This document shows, in pieces, positions 1 to 9,404 of a stretch of 41,317 nucleotides of DNA; position 1 is the first letter of the stretch; the number at the start of each line of letters is the position of its first letter. The DNA comes from a virus. Lineage: Duplodnaviria > Caudoviricetes. The notes below the pieces were generated by a model, which saw only the letters and a list, made by a program, of their open reading frames with translations, was not told where the DNA came from and searched no databases. Location: positions 1 to 41,317 of IMG/VR virus record IMGVR_UViG_3300049164_000142; one strand, written 5' to 3'. The position numbers and the translations under genes are program-made.

Positions 1-39
1 GATCATGATCTTCGTTACTCTGAGTCATGATCATCTGGG

Positions 40-100
40 GGATGATCCTTTAGAAACGATCTTGGCGGACCGCCGGGGAGGGCCGCGTCCGGTCTGCCGG
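40..100. other. Candidate cos/packaging initiation region
   Basis: Non-coding stretch just upstream of the small terminase with GGGGG...GGCGGACCGCCGGGGAGGG; the position fits cos-type actinophages. The exact cut site cannot be determined. Confidence 0.35.
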
Positions 101-176
101 GTTCAGAACTCCGAAGATGATCAACACCGGTCACGCGATGTGACGGTGTACTGAGCCGCGCGACGCGGCAGTTGGA

Positions 177-656
177 GTGATCGACATGCCGAAAGGCGGC
201 GCACGCGCACGCTCAGGACCCGCACCCGACCCGACCGCCCTCAACCGGGACCGGGACGCCGGCGAGTGGACCGTTCTGCCGGCCGAAGGACGCAGCGGAA
301 CGCCGCCGCGGTGGCCGCTGACGAAGCAGAGCCCTCGTGAGAAGACTCTGTGGACGAAGCTGTGGGCGAAGCCGCAGGCGATCATGTGGGAGCGGCTCGG
401 GCAGGAGCTCGAGGTCGCGCTGTACGTCCGCCGGTTCACTGAGGCAGAGCTGATGGACTCGACCGTGAGCCTGTCGACGCTGGTTCGCCAGATGGGCGAC
501 TCTCTGGGGCTGACCACGCCGGGGCTGCGCGCGAACCGGTGGCGGATCGACCGCGGCGAGGACGCTTCGAAGCCCGTCGGCGCGCGTCGGCCGGCCACGG
601 CCAGGACGTCGGCGAGGTCGCGGCTGAAGGTCGTCTCCGGTGGCGACGGCGACTGA
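177..656 (+). CDS. terS: Terminase small subunit
   Basis: GGARARSGPAPDP N-terminus, WxxLWxxPQAxxW, LGLTTPGLRANRWRI; overlaps the terL start. True start may be ATG 186. Confidence 0.85.
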   Translation: MIDMPKGGARARSGPAPDPTALNRDRDAGEWTVLPAEGRSGTPPRWPLTKQSPREKTLWTKLWAKPQAIMWERLGQELEVALYVRRFTEAELMDSTVSLSTLVRQMGDSLGLTTPGLRANRWRIDRGEDASKPVGARRPATARTSARSRLKVVSGGDGD

Positions 657-2277
657 GTTCGTCGTCGACTTCCCGACCCTGTGGGTCGCCTGCGACTGGA
701 TCGAGCAGCACTGCATCGTGCCGGACGGCTTCCGCAAGGGTGAGCCGTTCAAGATGTACGACTGGCAGCTGTGGTGCACGGCGAACCACTACCGGATCAA
801 GCCGGGAGTCTCGCAGTGGCGCGAGAACGGGGAGCGGCGCCTGGCCGCGGCGTTCCACAACCGGCGCTCGCAGGTCGTGGCACCGCAGAAGACCGGTAAG
901 GGTCCGTGGACCGCGGGTATCTGTGCGCTTGAGGCGGTCGGGCCGGCCGTGTTCGACGGCTGGGCTGAGGGCGGCGAGGTCTACGACTGCCGGGACCACG
1001 GCTGCGGCTGCGGCTGGGCGTTCGAGTACCAGCCGGGCGATCCGATGGCGATCCCGTGGCCGACGCCGCTCATCCAGATCACGGCGTTCTCCGAGGACCA
1101 GACGGACAACGTTTATCGGCCGCTCCAGTCGATGATCCGGAACGGGATCCTCGGTGAGCTGATGAAGGTCGGCGAGCAGTTCATCCGCCTGCCGAACGAC
1201 GGCCGGATCGACGTCGTCACCAGCTCCGCGCAGAGCCGTCTGGGTAACCCGGTCACGTTCGTCCTTCAGGACGAGAGCGGCCTGTGGACGCCGGACAACA
1301 AGATGGACAAGGTGGCCGACACGCAGCGGCGCGGCGCGGCCGGCATGGGCGGCCGGACGATGGAGACCACGAATGCGTGGGATCCGTCCCAGAACTCGGT
1401 GGCTCAGCAGACGTCCGAGTCGAAGGTCAAGGACGTCTTCCGGTTCCACCGGCCGCCGCCGGCGTCGCTGTCGTACCGCAACAAGGCGGAGCGGAGACGG
1501 ATCCACCGGCACGTGTACGCCGGGTCCCGGCACGTCGACCTGGACGCGATCGAGGCCGACGCGCTCGAGCTGCTCGAGAAGGACCCGGAGCAGGCGGAGC
1601 GCTTCTTCGGTAACCGGATCGTCTACGGCAAGGGCAGCTGGCTGGACGGTGCCGCGTGGGACGAGCTTGCGGAGCCGCGCGACGTGCCTGAGGGGACGGC
1701 GGTCGTCGGAGGGTTCGACGGTTCCGACGTCGACGACTGGACCGCGCTGCGCCTCGAGACCCTGGACGGCTACCAGTTCACGCCCACGTACGGGCCGGAC
1801 CGGCTGCCGACCATCTGGAACCCGGCCGACTACGACGGCCAGGTGCCGCGCCTGGAGGTCCTGGCCGCGATCGACGAAGTGTTCACGCGCTACAACGTCA
1901 TCCGGTTCTATGCCGACCCGCCCTACTGGGAGTCGGAGATCGACGCAGCCGCGGAGAAGTACGGCGAGAAGCGGGTCGTGCGCTGGTACACGTACCGCAC
2001 CGTGCAGATGCACGCCGCGGCGGAGCGCCTGCACACCGACGTCACCAAGTCGGACGCCAGCTTCCGGCACGACGGCTGCGAGATCACGAAGATGCACATC
2101 CGCAACTGCCGCAAGGCGGCCCGAACGGGCGGCCGGTACGTCCTGGCGAAGGCCAGCCCCACACAGAAGATCGACGCCGCGATCCCGTCGATCCTCGCCC
2201 ACGAAGCCGCCGGTGACGCGATCGCCGCCGGCCAGGCCCGCCCCAAGAAGAAGTCCCGAATGCTGATCATCCGATGA
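640..2277 (+). CDS. terL: Terminase large subunit
   Basis: Walker A-like PQKTGKG, Walker B VLQDE, coupling motif TTNA, nuclease GFDGSDVDD and KIDAA. Confidence 0.95.
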   Translation: MATATEFVVDFPTLWVACDWIEQHCIVPDGFRKGEPFKMYDWQLWCTANHYRIKPGVSQWRENGERRLAAAFHNRRSQVVAPQKTGKGPWTAGICALEAVGPAVFDGWAEGGEVYDCRDHGCGCGWAFEYQPGDPMAIPWPTPLIQITAFSEDQTDNVYRPLQSMIRNGILGELMKVGEQFIRLPNDGRIDVVTSSAQSRLGNPVTFVLQDESGLWTPDNKMDKVADTQRRGAAGMGGRTMETTNAWDPSQNSVAQQTSESKVKDVFRFHRPPPASLSYRNKAERRRIHRHVYAGSRHVDLDAIEADALELLEKDPEQAERFFGNRIVYGKGSWLDGAAWDELAEPRDVPEGTAVVGGFDGSDVDDWTALRLETLDGYQFTPTYGPDRLPTIWNPADYDGQVPRLEVLAAIDEVFTRYNVIRFYADPPYWESEIDAAAEKYGEKRVVRWYTYRTVQMHAAAERLHTDVTKSDASFRHDGCEITKMHIRNCRKAARTGGRYVLAKASPTQKIDAAIPSILAHEAAGDAIAAGQARPKKKSRMLIIR

Positions 2278-2291
2278 GAGCGAGGTGAGCC

Positions 2292-3743
2292 GTGGAGCGC
2301 ACCGAGCTGGAGTGGCTGAAGCACCTGATCCAGTGCCACGACCGGGACAAGCCCGACCTGAAGCTCATGGACTCGTACTACGAGGGCGAGCAGCCGCTGT
2401 CCTACCTCGCGCCGGAGCTGCAGGCGGAGATGGACGAACGGATCCGGCAGGTCGTCATCAACTGGCCCCAGCTGGTCGTCGACTCCCTCGAGGAGCGCTT
2501 GGACGTCGAAGGCTTCCGGTTCCCGGAGGAGGCGGAGGCCGACGCGGAGCTGTGGCGGATCTGGCAGGCGAACCGGCTCGACTCCCAGTCCCACCAGGGG
2601 CATCTGGACGCCTTCATCGCTCGCCGCTCGTACGTCATCGTCGGTGCCCGCGAGGACGACCCGGCCACGCCGCTGATCACGGTGGAATCGGCACTGGACG
2701 TGTACGCGGAGCACGATCCGCGCACCGGCGAGGTGGCGGCCGCCGTGAAGCGCTGGTGCGTGGAGCACGAGGGCAGGTCGCCGACCGACTACGCCACCCT
2801 CTACCTACCGGACTCCACCAGCTGGTGGGTGAAGGACAGCGCCGGCGTGTGGGTCGAGGACCCGGACCAGGAGCGCGACGACCACGAGCTCGGTGAGGTG
2901 CCGGTCGTGCCGCTCGCGAACAAGGCCCGGCTGAAGAAGCCCGGCGGCGTCTCGGAGCTGAAGGCCGTCATCCCGCTCTCGGACGCTGCCTGCAAGATCG
3001 CCACCGACATGATGGTGTCTGCGGAGTACCACGCCACCCCGCGCCGCGTGGCTTTCGGGTTTGGCGAGGAAGATTTCCAGGACCAGCAGGGCCGGCCCGT
3101 GAGTGCCTTCTCTCGGATCATCGGCCGGGTGTGGGCCACCGAGCGGCGCCGCGGATCCGGCGACGACGGCGGCGCGGACGTGCTGCAGTTCCCCGAGGCG
3201 CAGCTCAAGAACTTCCACGACACGCTCAACCAGCTCGCCAAGCTTGTGGCCAGCCTCGCGGGCCTGCCGCCGCACTTCCTCGGCTACTCGACCGAGAACC
3301 CCGCGAGCGCGGACGCGATCCGCTCGAGCGAGTCGCGGCTCGTGAAGCGCGCGGAGCGCCGGCAGCGCGAGTGGGGGGAGTCGTGGGAGCGGGTCATGCG
3401 GCTGGTGCTGCGCATCCGCGACGGCGCCTGGGATCCGCGGGTCCTGTCGCTGGAGACGATCTGGCGCGACGCGTCCACGCCGACGGTCGCGCAGAAGGCC
3501 GACGCGGCGGTGAAGCTCCACACGGCGAAGATCGTGCCGCTGCGGCAGACCCGCGAGGACATGGGCTACACGCAGGCGCAGATCGCCCGCATGGAAGAGC
3601 AGGACGAAGCGGCGGCGAGCAGCGTCATGCAGCGCATCCTCGCGGGCGACCTGTCCGCGCTCGGGGCCGGGCCGAAGCGCCGCGACGACGACCCTGGCGA
3701 GCTCGAGGACGACCCCGAACTCGAGCCGGCGGACGCGGCGTGA
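2292..3743 (+). CDS. Portal protein (SPP1 gp6-like)
   Basis: YYEGEQPL, NWPQLVVDSLEERL, VPVVPLAN, NPASADAIR; follows terL. Confidence 0.93.
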   Translation: MERTELEWLKHLIQCHDRDKPDLKLMDSYYEGEQPLSYLAPELQAEMDERIRQVVINWPQLVVDSLEERLDVEGFRFPEEAEADAELWRIWQANRLDSQSHQGHLDAFIARRSYVIVGAREDDPATPLITVESALDVYAEHDPRTGEVAAAVKRWCVEHEGRSPTDYATLYLPDSTSWWVKDSAGVWVEDPDQERDDHELGEVPVVPLANKARLKKPGGVSELKAVIPLSDAACKIATDMMVSAEYHATPRRVAFGFGEEDFQDQQGRPVSAFSRIIGRVWATERRRGSGDDGGADVLQFPEAQLKNFHDTLNQLAKLVASLAGLPPHFLGYSTENPASADAIRSSESRLVKRAERRQREWGESWERVMRLVLRIRDGAWDPRVLSLETIWRDASTPTVAQKADAAVKLHTAKIVPLRQTREDMGYTQAQIARMEEQDEAAASSVMQRILAGDLSALGAGPKRRDDDPGELEDDPELEPADAA

Positions 3744-4810
3744 CGACCGCCCCGGAGACGTTGTCGACGACGCAGCTCGCTGAGGCGTACTACGTTGCCC
3801 TGTCCGGCCTGTCACGGCGGGCGGCCGACCGTGTGCAGGCACTGTGGCAGGAGCTTGACCGCCGCGACCTGACCGGCTCGTGGGAGGCGCTGGTGGGGCC
3901 GCGGATCGTGGAGACCGTCGCCGCGGGCCAGGCCGCAGCCGCGGCGCTCGCCGACCCGTACCTGAACGCCGTGGTGGCCGCCGACGGAGCCGACCCGCAG
4001 GCGGGCGGCCGCATCCAGCCGGGCGCGTTCGCCGGGTACGCCGCCGACGGCCGCGACCTCGAGTCCCTCATGTACCTGCCGGTCGTCACCACCAAGCAGG
4101 CCATCGGCGCCGGGATGAGCGACGTGGAGGCGATGATGCGCGGCCTCAACCAGCTGCTACGCACCGCCGCCTCGGAGGTGACCAGCGCCGGCCGTACGGC
4201 CACCGGCGCGGGAATCGCCGGGCGGCGCACCATCTCCGGCTACATCAGGGTCGCCATGTCGCCGTGCTGCGCCCGCTGCGCCGTGCTGTCCGGCAAGGAG
4301 TTCGGCTGGAACGCGGGCTTTCAGCGGCACCCGCGGTGCGACTGTGTGCACGTCCCCGCCACGTTGATCGCCCGCAGCAGCCTGCGGCGCGGCTTCCTCG
4401 AGCAGCGCGAGTTCTCGCCCGCCAGCCGGGCCGGCCGCCGCGGCTTCGTCGACGCGCAGACGTACTTCAACTCGCTGTCGCCGCGCGAGCAGGCTCGCAT
4501 CTTCACCGCGGCCGGGGCGCGCGCGATCCGCGACGGTGCCGACATCACCTCCGTCGTCAACGCCCGCCGCGGCATGTACACCTCGACCGCCTACCGGCAG
4601 CGGGTGCGCGCCACCCGCGACAGCACCACCCGCCACGGCAGCTTCTACCGCTCCGAGCGGGCCCGCGCGATCGCCCGCGGCCAGGTGCCGGCCTCCGGCC
4701 GGGGCTTCCGCCTCCGCAGCCCCCGACTGCTGCCGGAGGAGATCTACAGACTCGCCGCCACCCGCGATGAAGCCATCGGGATGCTGCGGCGCTTCGGCTA
4801 CCTCGCCTGA
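3740..4810 (+). CDS. MuF-like minor head / capsid morphogenesis protein
   Basis: GTG overlaps the portal stop; CCARCAVL...FQRHPRCDC motif; lies between portal and scaffold. Confidence 0.75.
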   Translation: MTTAPETLSTTQLAEAYYVALSGLSRRAADRVQALWQELDRRDLTGSWEALVGPRIVETVAAGQAAAAALADPYLNAVVAADGADPQAGGRIQPGAFAGYAADGRDLESLMYLPVVTTKQAIGAGMSDVEAMMRGLNQLLRTAASEVTSAGRTATGAGIAGRRTISGYIRVAMSPCCARCAVLSGKEFGWNAGFQRHPRCDCVHVPATLIARSSLRRGFLEQREFSPASRAGRRGFVDAQTYFNSLSPREQARIFTAAGARAIRDGADITSVVNARRGMYTSTAYRQRVRATRDSTTRHGSFYRSERARAIARGQVPASGRGFRLRSPRLLPEEIYRLAATRDEAIGMLRRFGYLA

Positions 4811-4877
4811 GGCAGTCGGCCACCGGCCGTACGCGACGTGCGGCCGTTCCTCATTCCCGCGACGGGAGACGCACCAC

Positions 4878-5582
4878 ATGTTTCTGCGTAACCGCTGGCT
4901 GTCCGCTGCCCGGAGCAACGGCTGGTTCAGCATCACCCGGCACGACGACCCCCAGCCGAAGGACCCGCCGGCACCGGAGCCGAAGGACCCGGAGCCCAAG
5001 GACCCAGAGCCGAAGGACCTCGAGCCCAAGGATCCGGACGACCCGGAAAGCCAGCTGGGTGACGCTGGCAAGCGGGCGCTCCAGAAGGAGCGCGCGGAGA
5101 AGGCCGCGGCGAAGAAGGCCGCCGCGGAGGAGAAGAAGCGCGCCGACGAGCTCGCCGCGAAGGTGGCGGAGTTCGAGGACCGTGACAAGAGCGAGCTCGA
5201 GCGGGCCACCAGCAAGGCGGAGGCCGCGGTGAAGCGCGCGGAGGCAGCCACACAGCGCGCCGTGCGCGCCGAAGTGAAGGCCGCCGCAGCCGAGTTCGCC
5301 GACCCCGAGGACGCCATCGCGTTCCTCGACCTGACGGCCTACACCGACGACGCCGGCGAGATCGACACCGAGTCGATCGCCACGGCCCTCGAGGACCTGC
5401 TCGAGCGCAAGCCCCACCTGCGCAAGCAGACCACTTCGCAGGACCCGGCCCCCAAGCCCGGCCCCAAGCCGGACCCCAGCCAGGGGCCGCGCAAGGACCC
5501 GCCGCCGACCGACTGGCGCAAGGCCGACCGCAAGGACGTCGACGCCGAGCTCGCCAAGTACGGCGTACGGCTGCGCCGCTGA
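4878..5582 (+). CDS. Capsid scaffolding protein with N-terminal leader
   Basis: GGGAG upstream of ATG 4878; LGDAGKRALQKER, coiled coil, ALEDLLERKPHL, KPDPSQG. Confidence 0.88.
   Translation: MFLRNRWLSAARSNGWFSITRHDDPQPKDPPAPEPKDPEPKDPEPKDLEPKDPDDPESQLGDAGKRALQKERAEKAAAKKAAAEEKKRADELAAKVAEFEDRDKSELERATSKAEAAVKRAEAATQRAVRAEVKAAAAEFADPEDAIAFLDLTAYTDDAGEIDTESIATALEDLLERKPHLRKQTTSQDPAPKPGPKPDPSQGPRKDPPPTDWRKADRKDVDAELAKYGVRLRR
4977..5036 (+). repeat. 4 x 15-bp coding tandem repeat (EPKD[P/L]) in scaffold
   Basis: gagccgaaggacccg gagcccaaggaccca gagccgaaggacctc gagcccaaggatccg. Confidence 0.9.
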
Positions 5583-5583
5583 C

Positions 5584-5772
5584 GTGATCCGCATCCGCGC
5601 CCACCTGGGCGACGGCCGCACCTCGATCGAGGTGGACGGCCACGAGGAGCACGCAGAGCACGGGCGGGTCTGCGCGGCGGTGTCAGCGATCACGCAGGCC
5701 GCGCTGCTGGGCCTCGAACAGATCGCCCTCCAACACCCGGACCTCGTGTCCATCTCGATCGAAGAGGAGTAA
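5584..5772 (+). CDS. prp: Prp-family (ribosomal-processing, DUF464-like) cysteine protease, minimal 62-aa form
   Basis: IEVDGH...GRVCAAVSA with catalytic His/Cys spacing; C-terminal GLEQIALQHPDLVSI resembles the Prp C-terminus; lies between scaffold and capsid. Confidence 0.8.
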   Translation: MIRIRAHLGDGRTSIEVDGHEEHAEHGRVCAAVSAITQAALLGLEQIALQHPDLVSISIEEE

Positions 5773-5776
5773 GACC

Positions 5777-7108
5777 ATGAGCAAGACCAGCACGCGTCTG
5801 CGGGCGTGGTTCCGGCTCGGCAGGCACGACGTCCGGTCGACCCTGCCCGCCGCGATCCAGGCGATGATGCAGGACGGACTCCTGGACCGCACGTTCCAGG
5901 AGTCGCTGATGCCGGAGCTGCTGTTCCCGCAGATCGCCGACTCGGAGCCCTGGCAGGCCGGCCTCGGTGACCGGCGCATCATGACCCGCAACGGTCTGAT
6001 GGACCCCGACCCGACGCCGATCACCGGCTCCGACACCACCGCTGCGACGTACGACATCGAGCAGTGGGAGGTGGTGATGGACCAGTACGGCAAGTCCGTC
6101 GACACCAACATGCTCCAGAGCCGCATGACGCTCGCGTCGAAGTATCTGAACGACGTCGGCCGCCTCGGCATCCACGCCGGACAGACCATCAACCACCTGG
6201 CGCGCAACAAGCTCTACCGCGCCTACGCCGGCGGCCGCACCTATGCCACCGCCGACGGTGTCAGCGACTCGAGCATCGTCGTCGCGTCCGTCGACGGCTT
6301 CACCCACGTGATCGTCAACGGCGTGCCGACCGCGGTGTCCGCGTCGAACCCGCTGGACGTCACCATCGAGGGCGTGGCGAACACCGTCACCGGCGTGGAC
6401 GCGGGCACGAACACCCTCACGCTCGGCTCCGCCCGCGTCGACACCACAGGCGACTCAGTGGTGTCCTCGCAGGCACCGGTACAGGTCATCGCGGGCGCGT
6501 CGAACGACTCCGCTTTCGACCTCGCCGCCGGCGACCTGATCACCTTCGCGCACTTCCGGGCCGCGGTCACCCGGCTGCGCCGCATGCACGTCCCGTCGGC
6601 GGAGGGCTCCAGCTACATCGCCCACATCGACTCGGTGACGGAGTCGCAGCTGTTCGAGGACACCGAGTTCCAGAACCTGTACCGGGGCCGTGCCGAGTCC
6701 ACGACCTACCGGGACCTGGCGCTGGGCGTCTTCGGCGGCATCGTGTGGGTCCGCAACGAAGAGGTGCCCTACCTCGACGACACCATGGCGGGCTACGAGG
6801 ACCTGACCACCACGGTGCACCGCCCGATCGTCATGGGCGGCGGAGCCCTCGTGTCGGCGCCGTTCGAGGACATCGCCGGCCTGCTGCGCGAGACCGGCGT
6901 CGCCGACGTCCCCGACATCGCGATGCTGAACGTCGCGCCCGGCGTCGACGTCGCCCGCATCGTGCGCCCGCCCCAGGACCGGCTCCAGCAGATCGTGTCC
7001 ACGTCCTGGTCGTGGACCGGCGACTACGGCGTCCCGTCCGACTCGCTCGCCAACGGCGACTCCGCTCAGTTCAAGCGCGCGGTCGTCCTCGAGCACTCCG
7101 CGAACTGA
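5777..7108 (+). CDS. Major capsid protein with N-terminal leader and beta-rich insertion
   Basis: Strong GAGGAG RBS, 443 aa, position after scaffold, C-terminal FKRAVVLEH. Confidence 0.88.
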   Translation: MSKTSTRLRAWFRLGRHDVRSTLPAAIQAMMQDGLLDRTFQESLMPELLFPQIADSEPWQAGLGDRRIMTRNGLMDPDPTPITGSDTTAATYDIEQWEVVMDQYGKSVDTNMLQSRMTLASKYLNDVGRLGIHAGQTINHLARNKLYRAYAGGRTYATADGVSDSSIVVASVDGFTHVIVNGVPTAVSASNPLDVTIEGVANTVTGVDAGTNTLTLGSARVDTTGDSVVSSQAPVQVIAGASNDSAFDLAAGDLITFAHFRAAVTRLRRMHVPSAEGSSYIAHIDSVTESQLFEDTEFQNLYRGRAESTTYRDLALGVFGGIVWVRNEEVPYLDDTMAGYEDLTTTVHRPIVMGGGALVSAPFEDIAGLLRETGVADVPDIAMLNVAPGVDVARIVRPPQDRLQQIVSTSWSWTGDYGVPSDSLANGDSAQFKRAVVLEHSAN

Positions 7109-7114
7109 CCCAGT

Positions 7115-7142
7115 CCCCGTCCGGCCGTCGCGCCGGGCGGGG
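7115..7142 (+). terminator. Stem-loop after the capsid gene
   Basis: CCCCGTCCGGC / GCCGGGCGGGG, 11-bp stem with one G-U. Confidence 0.5.
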
Positions 7143-7162
7143 CCCAGATTGGAGGTGCTCAC

Positions 7163-7540
7163 ATGCGAGTGCGCATCAACGAGAAGTGCAGGGTCTTCCA
7201 CGGGCACGTGCCCCACGACCTCGAGGAGGGTCAGGAGGTCACGGGCAGCCTTGCCGAGATGCTCCTGACCCGGGCCCCGAAGAAGGTGACCCGCGTCGAC
7301 GCCGAAGCTCCCGAAGAGCCGACGGCGCACCGGGAGCCGTGCGTCGACGGCGATGTCTGCGGAGGCGAGCTCTGCCCGCCCCTGCTGGACATCACTGCGT
7401 CGGTGGCCAAGGTCCTCGAGTGGGTGGGCGAGGACACCGGGCGTGCCGGCGAGGCGCTGGACGCGGAGCAGGCCAAGGAGAAACCGCGGGCGACGCTCGT
7501 GAAGGCGCTCGAGCAGATCCTCAAGCCGGCCGAGGACTGA
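7163..7540 (+). CDS. Hypothetical head-associated protein
   Basis: GGAGG RBS; C-terminal VLEWVGED...ALDAEQAKEKPRATLVKAL module often seen after actinophage capsid genes. Confidence 0.7.
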   Translation: MRVRINEKCRVFHGHVPHDLEEGQEVTGSLAEMLLTRAPKKVTRVDAEAPEEPTAHREPCVDGDVCGGELCPPLLDITASVAKVLEWVGEDTGRAGEALDAEQAKEKPRATLVKALEQILKPAED

Positions 7541-7553
7541 GGGGGCGGCTGCC

Positions 7554-8189
7554 GTGGCTCTTCCACCGCTGGCGACGGCGGCCGACCTCGAGGCCGCGAT
7601 GCGACTGGACCCGGGCACGCTGCCGGCTGCGCAGGCGGAACTGGCGCTGAAGCGGGCGTCTGCTCGGGTCCGCGCCTACACCCGGCAGGACATCACCCTC
7701 GTGGAGAACGAGACGATTCTCCTGCGGGGCGGGGACCGGGTCCTGGCGCTGCCGCAGCGGCCGCTGGTCGTCGATGCCACCCACCCGCTGACCGTGGTGG
7801 AGCTCGGGGAGATGGGCGGCATCGAGGTGCCGGCCATCGAGGACCGGGACTTCACGCGGCTCGGCAACGAGCTGACCCGCGGCTATCCCTGGTACGCCCC
7901 GACCCGCACCATGGGCTGGCCGTGGCGGCAGCAGCAGGGCGTGTGGGCGCCCCGTGTGCGGGTCACCTACAGCCACGGCGACCAGGAGGTGCCGGACGAT
8001 ATCACGGACATTGTCCTCGACCTGGCATCCATGAACCTCAGCAATCCGGAAAACCTCCGGTCGGTCGCGATCGACGACTACAGCCGCACCTTCGCCTCCG
8101 AGACGATCGGCAACGCCAAGCTCACCCCCGGACACAAGGCCGACCTGCGCCAGTACCGGCGGCCTGCGTTCTCGGTGAAGCAGTCGTGA
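7554..8189 (+). CDS. Head-to-tail adaptor
   Basis: LATAADL..ASARVRAY, VRVTYSHG, VPDDI, IDDYSRTF. Confidence 0.85.
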   Translation: MALPPLATAADLEAAMRLDPGTLPAAQAELALKRASARVRAYTRQDITLVENETILLRGGDRVLALPQRPLVVDATHPLTVVELGEMGGIEVPAIEDRDFTRLGNELTRGYPWYAPTRTMGWPWRQQQGVWAPRVRVTYSHGDQEVPDDITDIVLDLASMNLSNPENLRSVAIDDYSRTFASETIGNAKLTPGHKADLRQYRRPAFSVKQS

Positions 8190-8602
8190 GCGCGCTCGAG
8201 GCGGCGCTCGCCGCGGGCCGGCGCGAAGCCGAAGCCCTCATGATCGACGCGATCGACTTCTACCGGCCCGGCGAGGACGTGTTCGACCGGGAGACCGGCG
8301 TGACCTCTCCCGGGCCCCGGCTGGTCACCTTCTACACCGGCCCGGCCCGCGTGAAGGTCGCGCAGCTCGCCGACGCCGAGGTCCAGGCGGGCGAGCAGGA
8401 AGTGACCCTGCGGCAGTACCGGGTCACGATCCCGTTCTCGACCGAGCTGCCGGCGTCGGGGGAGCGGCCCGAGCCCGGCGACCTCATCGACGTGACTGCG
8501 GCGCTCGACCCCCGCATGACGGGGATGCGGCTGTGGGTCGCAGGCATCCAGTACAGCTCCACGGCCACAGCGTGGCGAGTCATTGCGGAGGACCGGTCAT
8601 GA
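8186..8602 (+). CDS. Head closure/stopper (DUF6093-like)
   Basis: GTGA overlap; GRREAEALM, YTGPARVK, ATAWR; synteny. Confidence 0.75.
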   Translation: MSALEAALAAGRREAEALMIDAIDFYRPGEDVFDRETGVTSPGPRLVTFYTGPARVKVAQLADAEVQAGEQEVTLRQYRVTIPFSTELPASGERPEPGDLIDVTAALDPRMTGMRLWVAGIQYSSTATAWRVIAEDRS

Positions 8603-8991
8603 GCATCAACGCGAACACCCGTCAGCTCGATGAGCTCGCCGCCGTGTTCCGTGCGAACGCGGTGAGGGCGCAGGTACAGGCCGTCGCGGTCGTCAACCGC
8701 GGTGCGCTGAACGTCAAGAACGGGTGGAAGGCCAACGCGCGAATCACCGCGCGGCAGCACGCGCGCCTGTATCCGAACTCGATCAGCTACGACATGCGGC
8801 CGTACCCCACCGGCGCGCAGGCGGAGATCGGGCCCGACAAGACACGGCCCCAGGGCGCGCTCGGCAACCTGCTCGAGTTCGGGTCGGTCAAGAACCCGCC
8901 GCACAACGACGGCGGCCGCGCTCTACAGGCGGAGGCGGCCGCGTTCACGTTGCACGTTGCCGCGATCGGCCTGCAGATGGGCCGCGGATGA
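8599..8991 (+). CDS. Neck protein (HK97 gp10-like)
   Basis: ATGA overlap; AEIGPDK...LGNLLEFGSVKNPPH. Confidence 0.8.
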   Translation: MSINANTRQLDELAAVFRANAVRAQVQAVAVVNRGALNVKNGWKANARITARQHARLYPNSISYDMRPYPTGAQAEIGPDKTRPQGALGNLLEFGSVKNPPHNDGGRALQAEAAAFTLHVAAIGLQMGRG

Positions 8992-9392
8992 GCACGCCGC
9001 CGGCGGTCCTGCCGCATCGGGACGCGATCGTCGCGGCGCTCGAGGGCGTCGGCCTGACCGTGGGCCTGGGCGTGGCACCCGATCCGGCCCCCGCCGCCGG
9101 CCTGTACGTCGTGCTGTACACGAGCCCCGGGCAGACCATGTCCGAGTCGCTCGCCGACCAGCGCACCGACATGCAGGTCATGTTCCAGGTCACGTGCGTC
9201 GGCGCCGATGAGGAGCGCTGCCTGTGGGCCGTCGACAGAACCCGCCAGGCGCTGCACCCCCGGCTCGAGGTGACCGGCCGGCAGGCGTTTCACGTGGAGG
9301 AGCTGGGCGGGCCGCCGATGCTCCGCGACGACGACCTCACACCGCCCCTGATGTACCTGCCGATCCAGTTCATGCTCCGCACCATCAGCTAA
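8988..9392 (+). CDS. Tail terminator
   Basis: YVVLY, FQVTCVG, RDDDLTPPL; synteny. Confidence 0.75.
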   Translation: MSTPPAVLPHRDAIVAALEGVGLTVGLGVAPDPAPAAGLYVVLYTSPGQTMSESLADQRTDMQVMFQVTCVGADEERCLWAVDRTRQALHPRLEVTGRQAFHVEELGGPPMLRDDDLTPPLMYLPIQFMLRTIS

Positions 9393-9404
9393 GGAGGAGC
9401 GGCC

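Noticed and set aside
436-2202. 588-aa reverse ORF and similar long Arg/Pro-rich alternate-frame ORFs throughout
   Set aside because: They overlap well-supported genes; GC-rich frame artefacts.
4977-5036. Tandem repeat as possible CRISPR or VNTR system
   Set aside because: No spacers; an in-frame EPKDP linker typical of scaffold proteins. No CRISPR array or cas gene was seen in the window.
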